From positions 1-64,000 of the IMG/VR virus record IMGVR_UViG_3300022555_000017: a stretch of DNA of 64,000 bases, one strand, 5' to 3'. The notes beneath the pieces are model-generated. The model had not been told where the DNA came from. It was given only the letters and a program-made list of their open reading frames with translations, and searched no databases. Shown here in pieces: positions 8,103 to 17,847 of the stretch; the first letter of the stretch is position 1, and every line of letters begins with the position of its first letter. A program made the position numbers and the translations under genes. The DNA comes from a virus. Lineage: Duplodnaviria; Heunggongvirae; Uroviricota; Caudoviricetes.

Positions 8103-9377
8103 ATGATACTATTAGAAAAGATAAGTAAGCAAGAGTTTGATGACGCACTTAAAAATCCAAGAATACGCATCGGAACGGAGTTTGAATTCATGGTGCCGTC
8201 ATTTATAGAAGCAAATGATGAAAAAATCAAATCAACTGAGAGTAGACAAGAACTTGAAGGTGAACTATCACAATATGATGAGGACTTAAATGTATGGGCT
8301 GAAGCTGGAGAAGTAGGGCCACCGCCAAAAATACCGCAAATGATTAAAGACCTTGATCCAACCCTGCAAGATGGTGATGAAATAGATGCTGAAGATTTTG
8401 AAGAGTTCTTTGCAGGTGCTAAACAAGACAAGGATGCATTATTTAAATCTCTAGTTAAAAACAATCTTAAAATGGATGAGTTCATGCCATCCAGCCAGTA
8501 TTGGGTTACAACAAACGAAAAGGGTAAGAAGGCAGATAAATGGGTGGTAAAGCCTGATGGTAGCCTTGGTATAGGTGGAGTTGAAGTTGTTACACCAGTA
8601 ATGCCATTGGCTGATTTCATGGATATAGTACCTAAGTTCTTTAGTCACATTGATAAGTATGGTGATACAAATGATTATTGTGGATTTCATATTGGCCTAA
8701 GTATAGATGGTATTGGTGATTTGTCTAAAGTGTTGGATGTTATCAAGTTAGCCCTATTTACTGATGAGGGATATATCTATAAGGCATTTAAGGAAAGAGA
8801 ATATAATAAGTATGCCAAGTCTGTACATTCAGCAATCAAATCAGGTGAAATAGTTGGTGGTGCATTAGAGCAGGTAATAGACATTGGTAAAGTGCAGAAA
8901 GAATACTCAAATGATCACATGATGGCCATTAATATAGAGCACTTAACAAACTATGGTAAGAATAAGAATAAATATATAGAGTTCAGATACTTAGGAGCAG
9001 GTAAGTATCATCAGAAATGGCCAGAGATAAGACGAATACTTGCAATGTATTCATACGCCTTGAGTATGGCTTGTGACCCTGAGTATAGAAAGAAAGAATA
9101 CTTGTTGAGATTGAATAGAGTTATAAACAAAGTTGAGTTATTTACAAATCTATATAACTATGTTATAATGAACAATGATGTAGGAAGGTCAGAGAAGGAA
9201 ATTGCTGATTTATTACGAATAGATATAAATAAAGATGAGTACTTAAAAAAGGCTAAGACACTAGCCAAATTTGTGAATCTATCTCCTATGGACATTGCTG
9301 ATATGTTAGAGAATAATGCCAATATGAATAAACAAACAGGTGAAGAGATAATGAATCTATACAAGGAGATAAGATAA
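8103..9377 (+). CDS. Large hypothetical protein, paralog B of 6692-8098; same amidoligase-like motifs
   Basis: IRIGTEFEF, EVVTPV, CGFHIGLS, IEFRYLG..QKWPEI, MACDPEYRKKEYL. Confidence 0.5.
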   Translation: MILLEKISKQEFDDALKNPRIRIGTEFEFMVPSFIEANDEKIKSTESRQELEGELSQYDEDLNVWAEAGEVGPPPKIPQMIKDLDPTLQDGDEIDAEDFEEFFAGAKQDKDALFKSLVKNNLKMDEFMPSSQYWVTTNEKGKKADKWVVKPDGSLGIGGVEVVTPVMPLADFMDIVPKFFSHIDKYGDTNDYCGFHIGLSIDGIGDLSKVLDVIKLALFTDEGYIYKAFKEREYNKYAKSVHSAIKSGEIVGGALEQVIDIGKVQKEYSNDHMMAINIEHLTNYGKNKNKYIEFRYLGAGKYHQKWPEIRRILAMYSYALSMACDPEYRKKEYLLRLNRVINKVELFTNLYNYVIMNNDVGRSEKEIADLLRIDINKDEYLKKAKTLAKFVNLSPMDIADMLENNANMNKQTGEEIMNLYKEIR

Positions 9378-9571
9378 TGTCAAGACTAAATAAATATATA
9401 AATGAAGAAAAGGAAAAAATATCTAAAGATGTTTCTGATGATGATAAGAAGATTGTTATAAAGATACAGAATGAAGTAGAGAATGAGAATGAAGATGAGA
9501 AATCTGGTTCAGGTGATACTGGATCATTAGAAAAGAAGATAGACAAAATACTAAAAATATTGGAGAAATAA
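9377..9571 (+). CDS. Small acidic/lysine-rich hypothetical protein
   Basis: ATGTCA overlap with the upstream stop. Confidence 0.35.
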   Translation: MSRLNKYINEEKEKISKDVSDDDKKIVIKIQNEVENENEDEKSGSGDTGSLEKKIDKILKILEK

Positions 9572-9718
9572 GATTATGCCATTATGTGCTAGATGTAGAG
9601 ATTTCTATTAAAACATAGGAAAGAAATAACATCTGATGATATAGAGAAGATGTTAGCTAAACAACAACACGGTAAGTTTCTAGCAGCAATATGGAAACTA
9701 GCAAAACTATAGGAGTAT

Positions 9719-10600
9719 ATGATAGAACTTAAATATAGTTTAAATGATATTAAGGAATATGTTGAAAGTTTTAGATATAAACTTTTATCTACTGAATATA
9801 TCGGTATTATGTCAAAATTAAAATTAAAATGCCCTGAAGGCCACATATTTGAAACAAGATATAATAATTTTAAAAACATTAATAGTAGATGCCCTGAATG
9901 TAAGGGTAATAGAAAACATACATTAGAAAAAGTTAAAGAACATATTGAAAGTTTTGATTATAAACTATTATCAACAGAATATAGAAATGCCGATACAAAA
10001 CTTGAATTAAAATGTCCTTCTGGCCATATTTTTGATATAAAGTATCGTAGCTTTCAACAAGGGCAAAGATGTATGGAATGCTCAGGTAAAAGAAAACATA
10101 CATTAGATGAAGTTAAAGAATATATTGGGGTGTATGATTATAAAGTTTTATCTACTGAATATATTAATTCATATACAAAATTAAAGTTGCAATGCCCTGA
10201 AGGTCATATATTTAATATGATGTATCGTAATTTTCAACAAGGAGTTAGATGTCCTGAATGTTGTAATAAAAAAGGATGGTCTAAACCAGAAAAGGAAATA
10301 GCAAAATATGTTAAAACAATATATTCCGACAAAGTTATAGAAAATGATAGAACACAAATTAAAAACTATTGGACAAGTGCAGGTTTAGAATTAGATATAT
10401 GGCTACCTGAAGTAAAAAAAGCAATAGAGTTTAATGGTTCTTATTGGCATTCAAATAACAAAACAAAATGGTATGATGAAATGAAGAAAAGGCAGTGTAT
10501 GAAAAATGAAATTGATTTATTAGTTATAAATGAACAAGATTGGTATGATGATAAAATGTGCCAACTAAATAAAATAAATGTTTTTATAGGAGAAATGTAA
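9719..10600 (+). CDS. Zn-ribbon-repeat (x3) plus Vsr/DUF559-like nuclease family protein; putative homing endonuclease
   Basis: Three ~45-aa repeats (Y(I/V)ESF.YKLLSTEY...L.CP.GH.F...FQQG.RC.EC) and a C-terminal PEKEIA...ENDRTQ...LELDIWLPE...AIEFNGSYWH...QDWYDDK domain. Confidence 0.7.
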   Translation: MIELKYSLNDIKEYVESFRYKLLSTEYIGIMSKLKLKCPEGHIFETRYNNFKNINSRCPECKGNRKHTLEKVKEHIESFDYKLLSTEYRNADTKLELKCPSGHIFDIKYRSFQQGQRCMECSGKRKHTLDEVKEYIGVYDYKVLSTEYINSYTKLKLQCPEGHIFNMMYRNFQQGVRCPECCNKKGWSKPEKEIAKYVKTIYSDKVIENDRTQIKNYWTSAGLELDIWLPEVKKAIEFNGSYWHSNNKTKWYDEMKKRQCMKNEIDLLVINEQDWYDDKMCQLNKINVFIGEM

Positions 10601-10601
10601 A

Positions 10602-10859
10602 ATGAGTAGATGCGTGAAATGCCATGAACTAATGCCACCAGAATTAACTATGGAAATAGAAAATGATAAAAAAATGTGTATTTTTTGTAAGAGAGATACC
10701 AATGAGATTATAAATAATGGCATAAAGATTACAAGGACAGAAACGATTAAAGAATATAAAATGTTTTTAGATGAATTAAGAGGGCGTGCTGATTTACTGC
10801 GTGACTATGAATCAGGTAAGATAGACTTAAAGAACATATCAAGGATCATAAAACCATAA
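10602..10859 (+). CDS. Small zinc-ribbon protein (CVKCH...CIFCKRD)
   Basis: Two Cys pairs; TAAAATG coupling to the upstream gene. Confidence 0.4.
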   Translation: MSRCVKCHELMPPELTMEIENDKKMCIFCKRDTNEIINNGIKITRTETIKEYKMFLDELRGRADLLRDYESGKIDLKNISRIIKP

Positions 10860-11009
10860 AGGAGAAGAATAATGATAGCTAACGAAGATAACATTAAAAT
10901 GATTGAGTTTTTACAAGCCGGTATATGTGATCTTGTGGAAACTAGTAAAGACCTAACTGATAAGATAGCACGATTACAAAATATCCTACTTGACCTTATA
11001 AAATATAAC

Positions 11010-11038
11010 TTGACAAATAGGTAAAAATGTAGTATCAT
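11010..11038 (+). promoter_or_regulatory. Sigma70-type promoter, TTGACA-17-TATCAT
   Basis: ttgaca at 11010-11015, 17-nt spacer, tatcat at 11033-11038; aaaggag RBS follows. Confidence 0.45.
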
Positions 11039-11065
11039 TAAAATAAAAAGGAGTGTATTTATATT

Positions 11066-11251
11066 ATGATGATATGTGTTGATGATTTTGAGATTATTCG
11101 TTTAAAGGTTATAAGTCTTAGACATGAGCTAGAAACACTGGAAGAAAGATTAAATGAGTTGAAGATGGAGCATTTAGAATCATATAATGATCTGATTGAT
11201 GATGATAATATATATGATATTGCAGTCGAGGATTGGGAAGGAAGGTATTAA
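11066..11251 (+). CDS. Hypothetical protein (61 aa)
   Basis: Promoter plus RBS immediately upstream. Confidence 0.4.
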   Translation: MMICVDDFEIIRLKVISLRHELETLEERLNELKMEHLESYNDLIDDDNIYDIAVEDWEGRY

Positions 11252-11254
11252 GCA

Positions 11255-11767
11255 ATGGAAAATGTTATTTTATTAAATGGTGACTTTACAATTTTGGGTT
11301 TCATAGGTTGGAAGAAAGCCATTAAGTTGATTGTAAAGAAGAGAGTTGAAGTCATTAGTTATTCTGAGCGTATTATTCATAATTTTGAAAATACTATTAG
11401 AATGGCGATTCCTGCGGTTTTGCGATTACTTAAAGTAGTTCGTAAGCTATTTGGTGTTAGAGTGCCATTAAGCAAAAGAAATGTTCTGATACGCGATGGC
11501 CATAAGTGTGCATACTGCGGTAAGGTAAATAAGAAAGGTATGACCATTGATCATGTATTGCCAAAATCAAAGGGTGGCAAAACATCATTTGATAACTTGG
11601 TAACTGCTTGTGTGCATTGTAACAACAAGAAGGACAACAAAACTTGCAAAGAAGCAGGAATATATCCAAAATTTAAGCCTTTCACACCAACTATAAATCA
11701 ATTCCTACAAATTCAATTAGAAGGTAATGGAATAGTTAAAACATTAAAAAATTTAGGTATTTTATAA
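11255..11767 (+). CDS. HNH endonuclease (free-standing)
   Basis: CAYCGK...DHVLPKSKGG...NLVTACVHCNNKK HNH motif. Confidence 0.75.
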   Translation: MENVILLNGDFTILGFIGWKKAIKLIVKKRVEVISYSERIIHNFENTIRMAIPAVLRLLKVVRKLFGVRVPLSKRNVLIRDGHKCAYCGKVNKKGMTIDHVLPKSKGGKTSFDNLVTACVHCNNKKDNKTCKEAGIYPKFKPFTPTINQFLQIQLEGNGIVKTLKNLGIL

Positions 11768-11769
11768 TA

Positions 11770-12285
11770 ATGCCTAAAAGGCTAGATTATATAGATGCTA
11801 AAGAATATATTGAGAATTTTAGTTATAAATTATTATCTACTGAATATATTAATGCTCTTTCTAAATTAAAATTACAATGCCCTGAAGGCCATACATTTAA
11901 AATGCATTATAGTCACTTTAAAAGAGGTATACGATGCCCTGAATGTGCATCAGCATTAAAATGGTCTAAGCCAGAAAAGGAAATAGCTGAATATATTAAA
12001 AAACATTATATAGGTGAAGTAATTGAAAATGATAGAACACAAATAACAAACCATAAAACTGGTAAGAACCTTGAACTTGATGTATGGCTACCAGAGTTGT
12101 CTAAAGCCATTGAATATAACGGACTTCATTGGCATAATAATGATAAAGTAAAGTGTCGTGATAATATAAAAAGAAAGCAATGTGTTGAAAAGAAAATAGA
12201 GTTACTTATAATAGAAGATAAAGATTGGTATGATGATAAAGTATGTTGTCTAAATAAAATAAATGAACTAATAGGTATTTTATAG
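11770..12285 (+). CDS. Zn-ribbon-repeat (x1) plus Vsr/DUF559-like nuclease family protein
   Basis: A single N-terminal repeat plus the conserved C-terminal nuclease domain. Confidence 0.7.
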   Translation: MPKRLDYIDAKEYIENFSYKLLSTEYINALSKLKLQCPEGHTFKMHYSHFKRGIRCPECASALKWSKPEKEIAEYIKKHYIGEVIENDRTQITNHKTGKNLELDVWLPELSKAIEYNGLHWHNNDKVKCRDNIKRKQCVEKKIELLIIEDKDWYDDKVCCLNKINELIGIL

Positions 12286-12699
12286 ATGAAAAAGATAAGC
12301 AGCATAACTGACAAGTTTTTTACATGGATTGCCGATAACTTAGGTACAGATATTGTTATAGTTTTATTTACACTAATAGCTATTGTACCACTATTTTATC
12401 AAACACCTAGAAATATTCTTGAATGGCAACAGTGGACTTCACAAACTGCTATACAATTAATAGCATTAGCTATTCTAGCCAAAGTATCTAAAATAGAAGG
12501 TGGTAAACAGAGTAAACTAATACAAGAAACACATGATATAACTATGAATGAAATTGGTGTAATGAAAGAAACACATGATACCGAATTAAAAGAAATAGTT
12601 ATGCTAAAGGATATGCATAAAACTTTAATAGAAGAAATGAAATTGTTAAAAGATGAACATAAAGTTATGAATAAGATTTTGAAGGCTGTTTGTAAATAA
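12286..12699 (+). CDS. Membrane protein (2 predicted TM helices) with a repeated ETHD(T/I)...E(I/M)...K C-terminal motif
   Basis: Hydrophobic stretches IVIVLFTLIAIVPLF and AIQLIALAILAKV. Confidence 0.45.
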   Translation: MKKISSITDKFFTWIADNLGTDIVIVLFTLIAIVPLFYQTPRNILEWQQWTSQTAIQLIALAILAKVSKIEGGKQSKLIQETHDITMNEIGVMKETHDTELKEIVMLKDMHKTLIEEMKLLKDEHKVMNKILKAVCK

Positions 12700-12774
12700 A
12701 ATATAATAAAAATATAGAAAAATAAGAGGATAGTTATTAATTTAACTATCCTTTTTGTTTACAAGTAACTGGTT

Positions 12775-13668
12775 ATGTGGTATAAATATAGGATGAGTAA
12801 AAAATATACAATAGAAGAAATAAAACTATACATTGAAAGTTTTGGATATACATTATTATCTACTGAATATAATAAAGCACTTTCTAAATTAGACCTTCAA
12901 TGTCCTGAAGGTCATTTATTTAAAATGAGATATAATAATTTTAAGAATCAAAGTCAACGATGCTCTATTTGTTTTGGTACACCTAAGAAAACAATAGAAG
13001 AAGTTAGAAATTATATTGAAAGTTTTAATTATAACCTTCTTTCTACTGTGTATATAAATAATAAAGAAAAATTAGTATTGCAATGCCCTGAAGGTCATAT
13101 AATAAAAATACGATTGGATAGTTTTAGTCATGGAACTAGATGTTCAATATGTTCTGGTAATGATAAAAATTCTATTGAAAAAATTAAAAAGCATATAGAA
13201 AGTTTTGATTATAAACTATTATCAACAGAGTATATAAATAATAAATCAAAAATAAAATTACAATGTAGTAAAAATCATACATATCAAGCTTCTTATCATA
13301 GATTTCAACAAGGTGATAGATGCCCTTTATGTGCAAATAGTGAAGGTAAATCAAAACCCGAAAAAGAAATTGTTGAACATATTAAAATAAATTACTATAA
13401 AGATATAATAGAAAATGATAGAACACAAGTTAAAAACTTTTGGTCTAATCGTAATTTGGAGCTGGATATATTTTTACCTGATATATCTAAAGCAATAGAA
13501 TTTAATGGTATATATTGGCATAAAAATAATAATGTAAAATGGAAAGATGAAATGAAAAGAAAACAATGTATTCAAAAAGGTATTGAGTTATTAGTTATAC
13601 AAGAGCAAGATTGGTATAATGATAAGTTATGTTGTTTAAATAAAATAAATGAGTTAATAGGTGCTTAA
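12775..13668 (+). CDS. Zn-ribbon-repeat (x3) plus Vsr/DUF559-like nuclease family protein (probable start ATG 12793)
   Basis: Family motifs; stop overlaps the next gene start (TAATGAATGA). Confidence 0.7.
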   Translation: MWYKYRMSKKYTIEEIKLYIESFGYTLLSTEYNKALSKLDLQCPEGHLFKMRYNNFKNQSQRCSICFGTPKKTIEEVRNYIESFNYNLLSTVYINNKEKLVLQCPEGHIIKIRLDSFSHGTRCSICSGNDKNSIEKIKKHIESFDYKLLSTEYINNKSKIKLQCSKNHTYQASYHRFQQGDRCPLCANSEGKSKPEKEIVEHIKINYYKDIIENDRTQVKNFWSNRNLELDIFLPDISKAIEFNGIYWHKNNNVKWKDEMKRKQCIQKGIELLVIQEQDWYNDKLCCLNKINELIGA

Positions 13669-14801
13669 TGAATGAATTACAAGTTGTTGAAAGAGGTATT
13701 TTTAATTTATTTTCGTTTTTAGGTGATAATAGTGGATGCGGACATATAAGAGTTATATTTCCTTACTTATATATACCACATTTGAGAGCTGAAGGATATA
13801 AGTTTGGTGCACAGTACTCTAGTTATTTTATTGATGATCTTAATTTTTACAAACAATTCACACTAGTACAGTTTCAAAGGTCAGCAACAAAAGATCAGTT
13901 GAACATGATTAAGCATTTCAAAAATCAGGTTCAGAAGTTTCATAAAATTGCTATAGTTTATGAAATAGATGATTTACTTACGGAAATTCCAGAATGGAAT
14001 TTTGCTTGTGCCTATTACAAAGAAAATCTTAAACACATTGAAGAAATGATGCAGATAGTTGATGGCATAACAGTATCAACAGAATATCTTAAAAATATAT
14101 ATACAAAATATAATTCAAAGATTGCCGTTGTTCCTAATCGTTTATGTAAGATGCTATGGGGTGAGATTGAGCCAGCACATGAACGAAGAGAGCCTAATAA
14201 GAAAATTCGTATTGGGTATCACGGTTCCGGTAATCATTTCTGTGATAGTAGGAGTAAAGAGTATAAAGATGGTATTCGCGGTGGTGATTTCAATGATAAA
14301 CTATTAAACTATATAAGAAAAACAGTCGATGATGTGCAGTGGGTATTTTCTGGTGCTATACCACCTGAGTTAAATGATGTTAGAGATAAGATAGAGTATC
14401 ATAACTGGGTAAATGTTTTAGAGTTTCCAAGTAAGGTTAAGTCACATAAACTTGATATATGCTTAGCACCATTAATAGATAACATATTCAATAGGAGCAA
14501 AAGCAATATAAAGTTATTAGAATCAGTAGCACTAGGTATACCAATAGTTTGTTCTGATCTTGAGTCATATAAGGAATCGTATCTTAAAACAAATGACGAT
14601 GATGAGTTTATAGGATATATTGAGAAATTGGTTGCTGATCAGGATTTTAGAAGGTTGACATTTGAGAAAAACTATGATACAATAGGTTTACAAGATAAGT
14701 TATGGTGGGAAGGTAGAGACAGAAATTATAGTAATGTCTATAAGTATGTTGATTCTTATCTATCATTATTTGGCAAGAGGTTAAAAGATGGCATTTATTG
14801 A
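13668..14801 (+). CDS. Putative GT-B fold glycosyltransferase (GT4-like)
   Basis: C-terminal LESVALGIPIVCSD resembles the E..G.PVV.S signature of GT-B glycosyltransferases; otherwise unassigned. Confidence 0.4.
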   Translation: MNELQVVERGIFNLFSFLGDNSGCGHIRVIFPYLYIPHLRAEGYKFGAQYSSYFIDDLNFYKQFTLVQFQRSATKDQLNMIKHFKNQVQKFHKIAIVYEIDDLLTEIPEWNFACAYYKENLKHIEEMMQIVDGITVSTEYLKNIYTKYNSKIAVVPNRLCKMLWGEIEPAHERREPNKKIRIGYHGSGNHFCDSRSKEYKDGIRGGDFNDKLLNYIRKTVDDVQWVFSGAIPPELNDVRDKIEYHNWVNVLEFPSKVKSHKLDICLAPLIDNIFNRSKSNIKLLESVALGIPIVCSDLESYKESYLKTNDDDEFIGYIEKLVADQDFRRLTFEKNYDTIGLQDKLWWEGRDRNYSNVYKYVDSYLSLFGKRLKDGIY

Positions 14802-15006
14802 AATAGTAAAAGGTAAAAAGTATATAGGAAGATTTAAGGCCTCTAGCATACTAACACAGTTTAGTGTTGTTGGTATATCAAAGACAAAGAAATATGTTCA
14901 ACTAAGAGGTATAAATAATTCTGGTGATTCTTATTTTAAGTGGGAAGATGTGGACAATTTAACTATATTAGATGAAATTGATGAATGTGAGGAAATGGAT
15001 GATTAG
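14788..15006 (+). CDS. Hypothetical protein (72 aa)
   Basis: ORF overlapping its neighbours. Confidence 0.35.
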   Translation: MAFIEIVKGKKYIGRFKASSILTQFSVVGISKTKKYVQLRGINNSGDSYFKWEDVDNLTILDEIDECEEMDD

Positions 15007-15604
15007 TATAGAAGATATATACGTTAAGTTTAGAAAGGCGCAGAGTGTTTATAGTAATAGACCATATAAGATACCAAAAGATATATCAGCATTCCTTGAG
15101 AAGAGATTGACCGAAGTAAATCTGAAGAATATGCAGAAACTAGCAGATGCATTGAATACAAACTATAGAAATGTAGATGTTGATAGGTATTTAGAATATG
15201 GTTTTGAATTGTTTGGTAAGAATTTTTCATATATAAAATTCCTTGATCCTAGATTGATAAACTTTTACATTATGAAGGATAAGAACTTTAAGAGAGATAT
15301 GGAGTTGACCATCGCTAACATAGATAAATCTATTGCATTTGTAAAAGATTTTATGTCAGTAGGTGCAGCATCTATTTACCTGAGATATGGACAGTTGAGG
15401 GATGGCTATGATAGCATTGCTATTCATCATTTCATTAAAGGTAAGATTGATAGATATTTTCTAACATGGCTTATCTTTAAGAACTATCTGGTACTTTTAG
15501 ATGGCGATAGAGAACTTATACCATTAATAACTGAGCAGTATCGAAACTACATTTTTGAACTGAAAAAGATGGGCCTACTTGATGATATAGACAGGAGAAC
15601 ATAA
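14972..15604 (+). CDS. Hypothetical protein (210 aa)
   Basis: ORF. Confidence 0.45.
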   Translation: MKLMNVRKWMISIEDIYVKFRKAQSVYSNRPYKIPKDISAFLEKRLTEVNLKNMQKLADALNTNYRNVDVDRYLEYGFELFGKNFSYIKFLDPRLINFYIMKDKNFKRDMELTIANIDKSIAFVKDFMSVGAASIYLRYGQLRDGYDSIAIHHFIKGKIDRYFLTWLIFKNYLVLLDGDRELIPLITEQYRNYIFELKKMGLLDDIDRRT

Positions 15605-15960
15605 TGATATATACATCGCATTATAGATCGCCTAAACTTAGAAAGGATATGAATCTGATTGCTATATCATATCTTCAACCACCTGACATCATGGCTAAGT
15701 TTGATATTGGTATATATAAACCTTTATGCCCAACTAAAAAACTAGTTATGGACTATAAACATGGATTACTTACTGTACCTGAATATACAACATTATACTA
15801 TGAACAAGTATTAGAAAAGTTAGACCCTTATATTGTATGCCTAGCATTAAATGGCAATGCTGTATTGTTGTGTTGGGAAAAACCTTTTGAGTTTTGTCAT
15901 AGACATCTTGTGGCTGAGTGGTTAAATAATAATCTGAATTGTGGAGTGAGAGAACTATGA
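15604..15960 (+). CDS. Hypothetical protein (118 aa)
   Basis: ATAATGA coupling to the upstream gene. Confidence 0.45.
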   Translation: MIYTSHYRSPKLRKDMNLIAISYLQPPDIMAKFDIGIYKPLCPTKKLVMDYKHGLLTVPEYTTLYYEQVLEKLDPYIVCLALNGNAVLLCWEKPFEFCHRHLVAEWLNNNLNCGVREL

Positions 15961-16098
15961 AATATAATAGGCGAAATGACAAATTGTGGAAAAACCCTGA
16001 ATTGGCTAAACAAATCCTTTATGGACTTGAAACAGAGGAAGAAAAGAAAAAGCGTAAGAAGAAGTATGAAGAAGAAAACTTGAATGAGGTAAAAAACG

Positions 16099-16362
16099 AT
16101 GGTTGAATGGTATATGAAGAAACCTGTTAAAATACAAGCAATACAATATGATGGTGAAAACTACCACGAATGTTCATTATTTTGTGATAAATTTATTTCC
16201 CTTGATTATGATACAAAAGAAATAAGGATTAAAACATTGGAAGGTGAGCATATTTGTAGTTTAGGTGATTTTATCATTAAGGGTATAAAGGATGAATTTT
16301 ATCCCTGTAAACCAGATATATTTCACTTGACTTATTCATTAGTTAGTGATATAATAGAATAA
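16099..16362 (+). CDS. Hypothetical protein (87 aa)
   Basis: ORF. Confidence 0.4.
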   Translation: MVEWYMKKPVKIQAIQYDGENYHECSLFCDKFISLDYDTKEIRIKTLEGEHICSLGDFIIKGIKDEFYPCKPDIFHLTYSLVSDIIE

Positions 16363-16382
16363 AAATAGAAAGGATGATATAA

Positions 16383-17255
16383 ATGATTGCATTATATTGC
16401 CATAATGATATGGACGGCAAATGCTCTGGTGCTATTGCATATAGAGAACTTAGTAAGCAATACGGTATAAATGAAATACTAATGTATGTTGTTGATTATG
16501 GAGATAAATTACCTACATTTAAGGCTGAAGATAGCTTAAAGGCTGTATACATAATGGATTTTAGTTTTGAACCTGAATATATGGATTATCTGATTTCATT
16601 AGTAGGTAGAGATAATGTTATATGGATTGATCATCATATTTCAGCTATTAAAAAGTTAAATGATTATAGAGATTTGAATGGACTTAGAAGTATTATTATG
16701 TCTGGTTGTATGTTGACATTTAGATATTTTTATCCAGATAAGTTTGCTCCTATGGTTATAGAGCTGGTTGAAGATTTTGATCTGTACATTTATAGATACG
16801 GTGATTTAACTAAAGGGTTTCAAGAATGGTCTAACTATAATGATACTGAGCCAACTAATATTATTTGGGATCGGTTGCTTACATCTAACTTTGACCAACT
16901 AGAAGAACTATCACAAGAAGGTCTAAGATTTAGAGAAATTAGATTATGGAAGTTAGAGAAGGACATTGAAAGATTAGCATATATTGATGAGATTGATGGC
17001 CATAAGTGTTTGAAGATGAACCTTACACAACTGGATAGTATTTCAGATGCAGGTGATTTTGTTATAAATATATTAGGGTATGATTTATTTTGGGCATATT
17101 CTGATTTTGTAATCAATGGTAAGTTACGAAGGACAAATCAGTTACGAAGTCATGTAATTGATGTATCTAAACTTGCAGATAAATTTGGCGGGGGTGGGCA
17201 CGCTCGTGCAGCAGGGTTTCTGTCTGATATAGGAGAAAGGAAAGGTGAATGTTGA
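16383..17255 (+). CDS. DHH/DHHA1 family phosphoesterase (NrnA/RecJ-like)
   Basis: CHNDMDGKCSGA (H.D.DG..S), IWIDHH (DHH) and GGGGHARAAGF (DHHA1 GGGH motif). Confidence 0.65.
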   Translation: MIALYCHNDMDGKCSGAIAYRELSKQYGINEILMYVVDYGDKLPTFKAEDSLKAVYIMDFSFEPEYMDYLISLVGRDNVIWIDHHISAIKKLNDYRDLNGLRSIIMSGCMLTFRYFYPDKFAPMVIELVEDFDLYIYRYGDLTKGFQEWSNYNDTEPTNIIWDRLLTSNFDQLEELSQEGLRFREIRLWKLEKDIERLAYIDEIDGHKCLKMNLTQLDSISDAGDFVINILGYDLFWAYSDFVINGKLRRTNQLRSHVIDVSKLADKFGGGGHARAAGFLSDIGERKGEC

Positions 17256-17823
17256 GGATAAAATAGACAAAATATTAGTTGAAGCATCACTATCAAGGAT
17301 ATGGCAGCACATTGAGAAAGGCAATTCTTTAGGTGTTATTACTGCTTTTCGGTCGAATGATCCAGACAATCTTAAAAAAAATAAAAAACTACAATCTGAA
17401 ATAAATGTAGCTGGATTTGGGTATTTTCCAATGAATGGTGTATACATAGAAGATTTTGGTAGTGATGAGCCAAAAAAGGTTGAAGAGAGTTCATTCTTTG
17501 TTATTAGTACACATCCAGAAAAATTAAGAGATTTTCTTATTAAAATGGGTAAGAAATATGAACAGGACAGCGTATTGTTTATGGATAATTCGGTAGAAGA
17601 TAAAGTTGCTGTTCTGATAGGTACAAAAGCTGATGCATGGCCTGGTTTGGGTGTTGTTCATACATTAGGCAAATGGCATCCTAATAAGATAAGAGATTTT
17701 TATTCCAAGTTAAAGGGAAGTAAATCATTTGTATTTGAAGATATAGATATAAATATGGATTTACCTACTGGTTTAATGGCTAGATCAGTAAAAAATAAAA
17801 TTGATTCTCAAGGTTTACAATAG
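17245..17823 (+). CDS. Hypothetical protein (192 aa), translationally coupled to the DHH phosphoesterase
   Basis: ORF overlapping the upstream stop. Confidence 0.45.
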   Translation: MNVEDKIDKILVEASLSRIWQHIEKGNSLGVITAFRSNDPDNLKKNKKLQSEINVAGFGYFPMNGVYIEDFGSDEPKKVEESSFFVISTHPEKLRDFLIKMGKKYEQDSVLFMDNSVEDKVAVLIGTKADAWPGLGVVHTLGKWHPNKIRDFYSKLKGSKSFVFEDIDINMDLPTGLMARSVKNKIDSQGLQ

Positions 17824-17847
17824 ATATAGAGTGTAGTATAATAAAGT

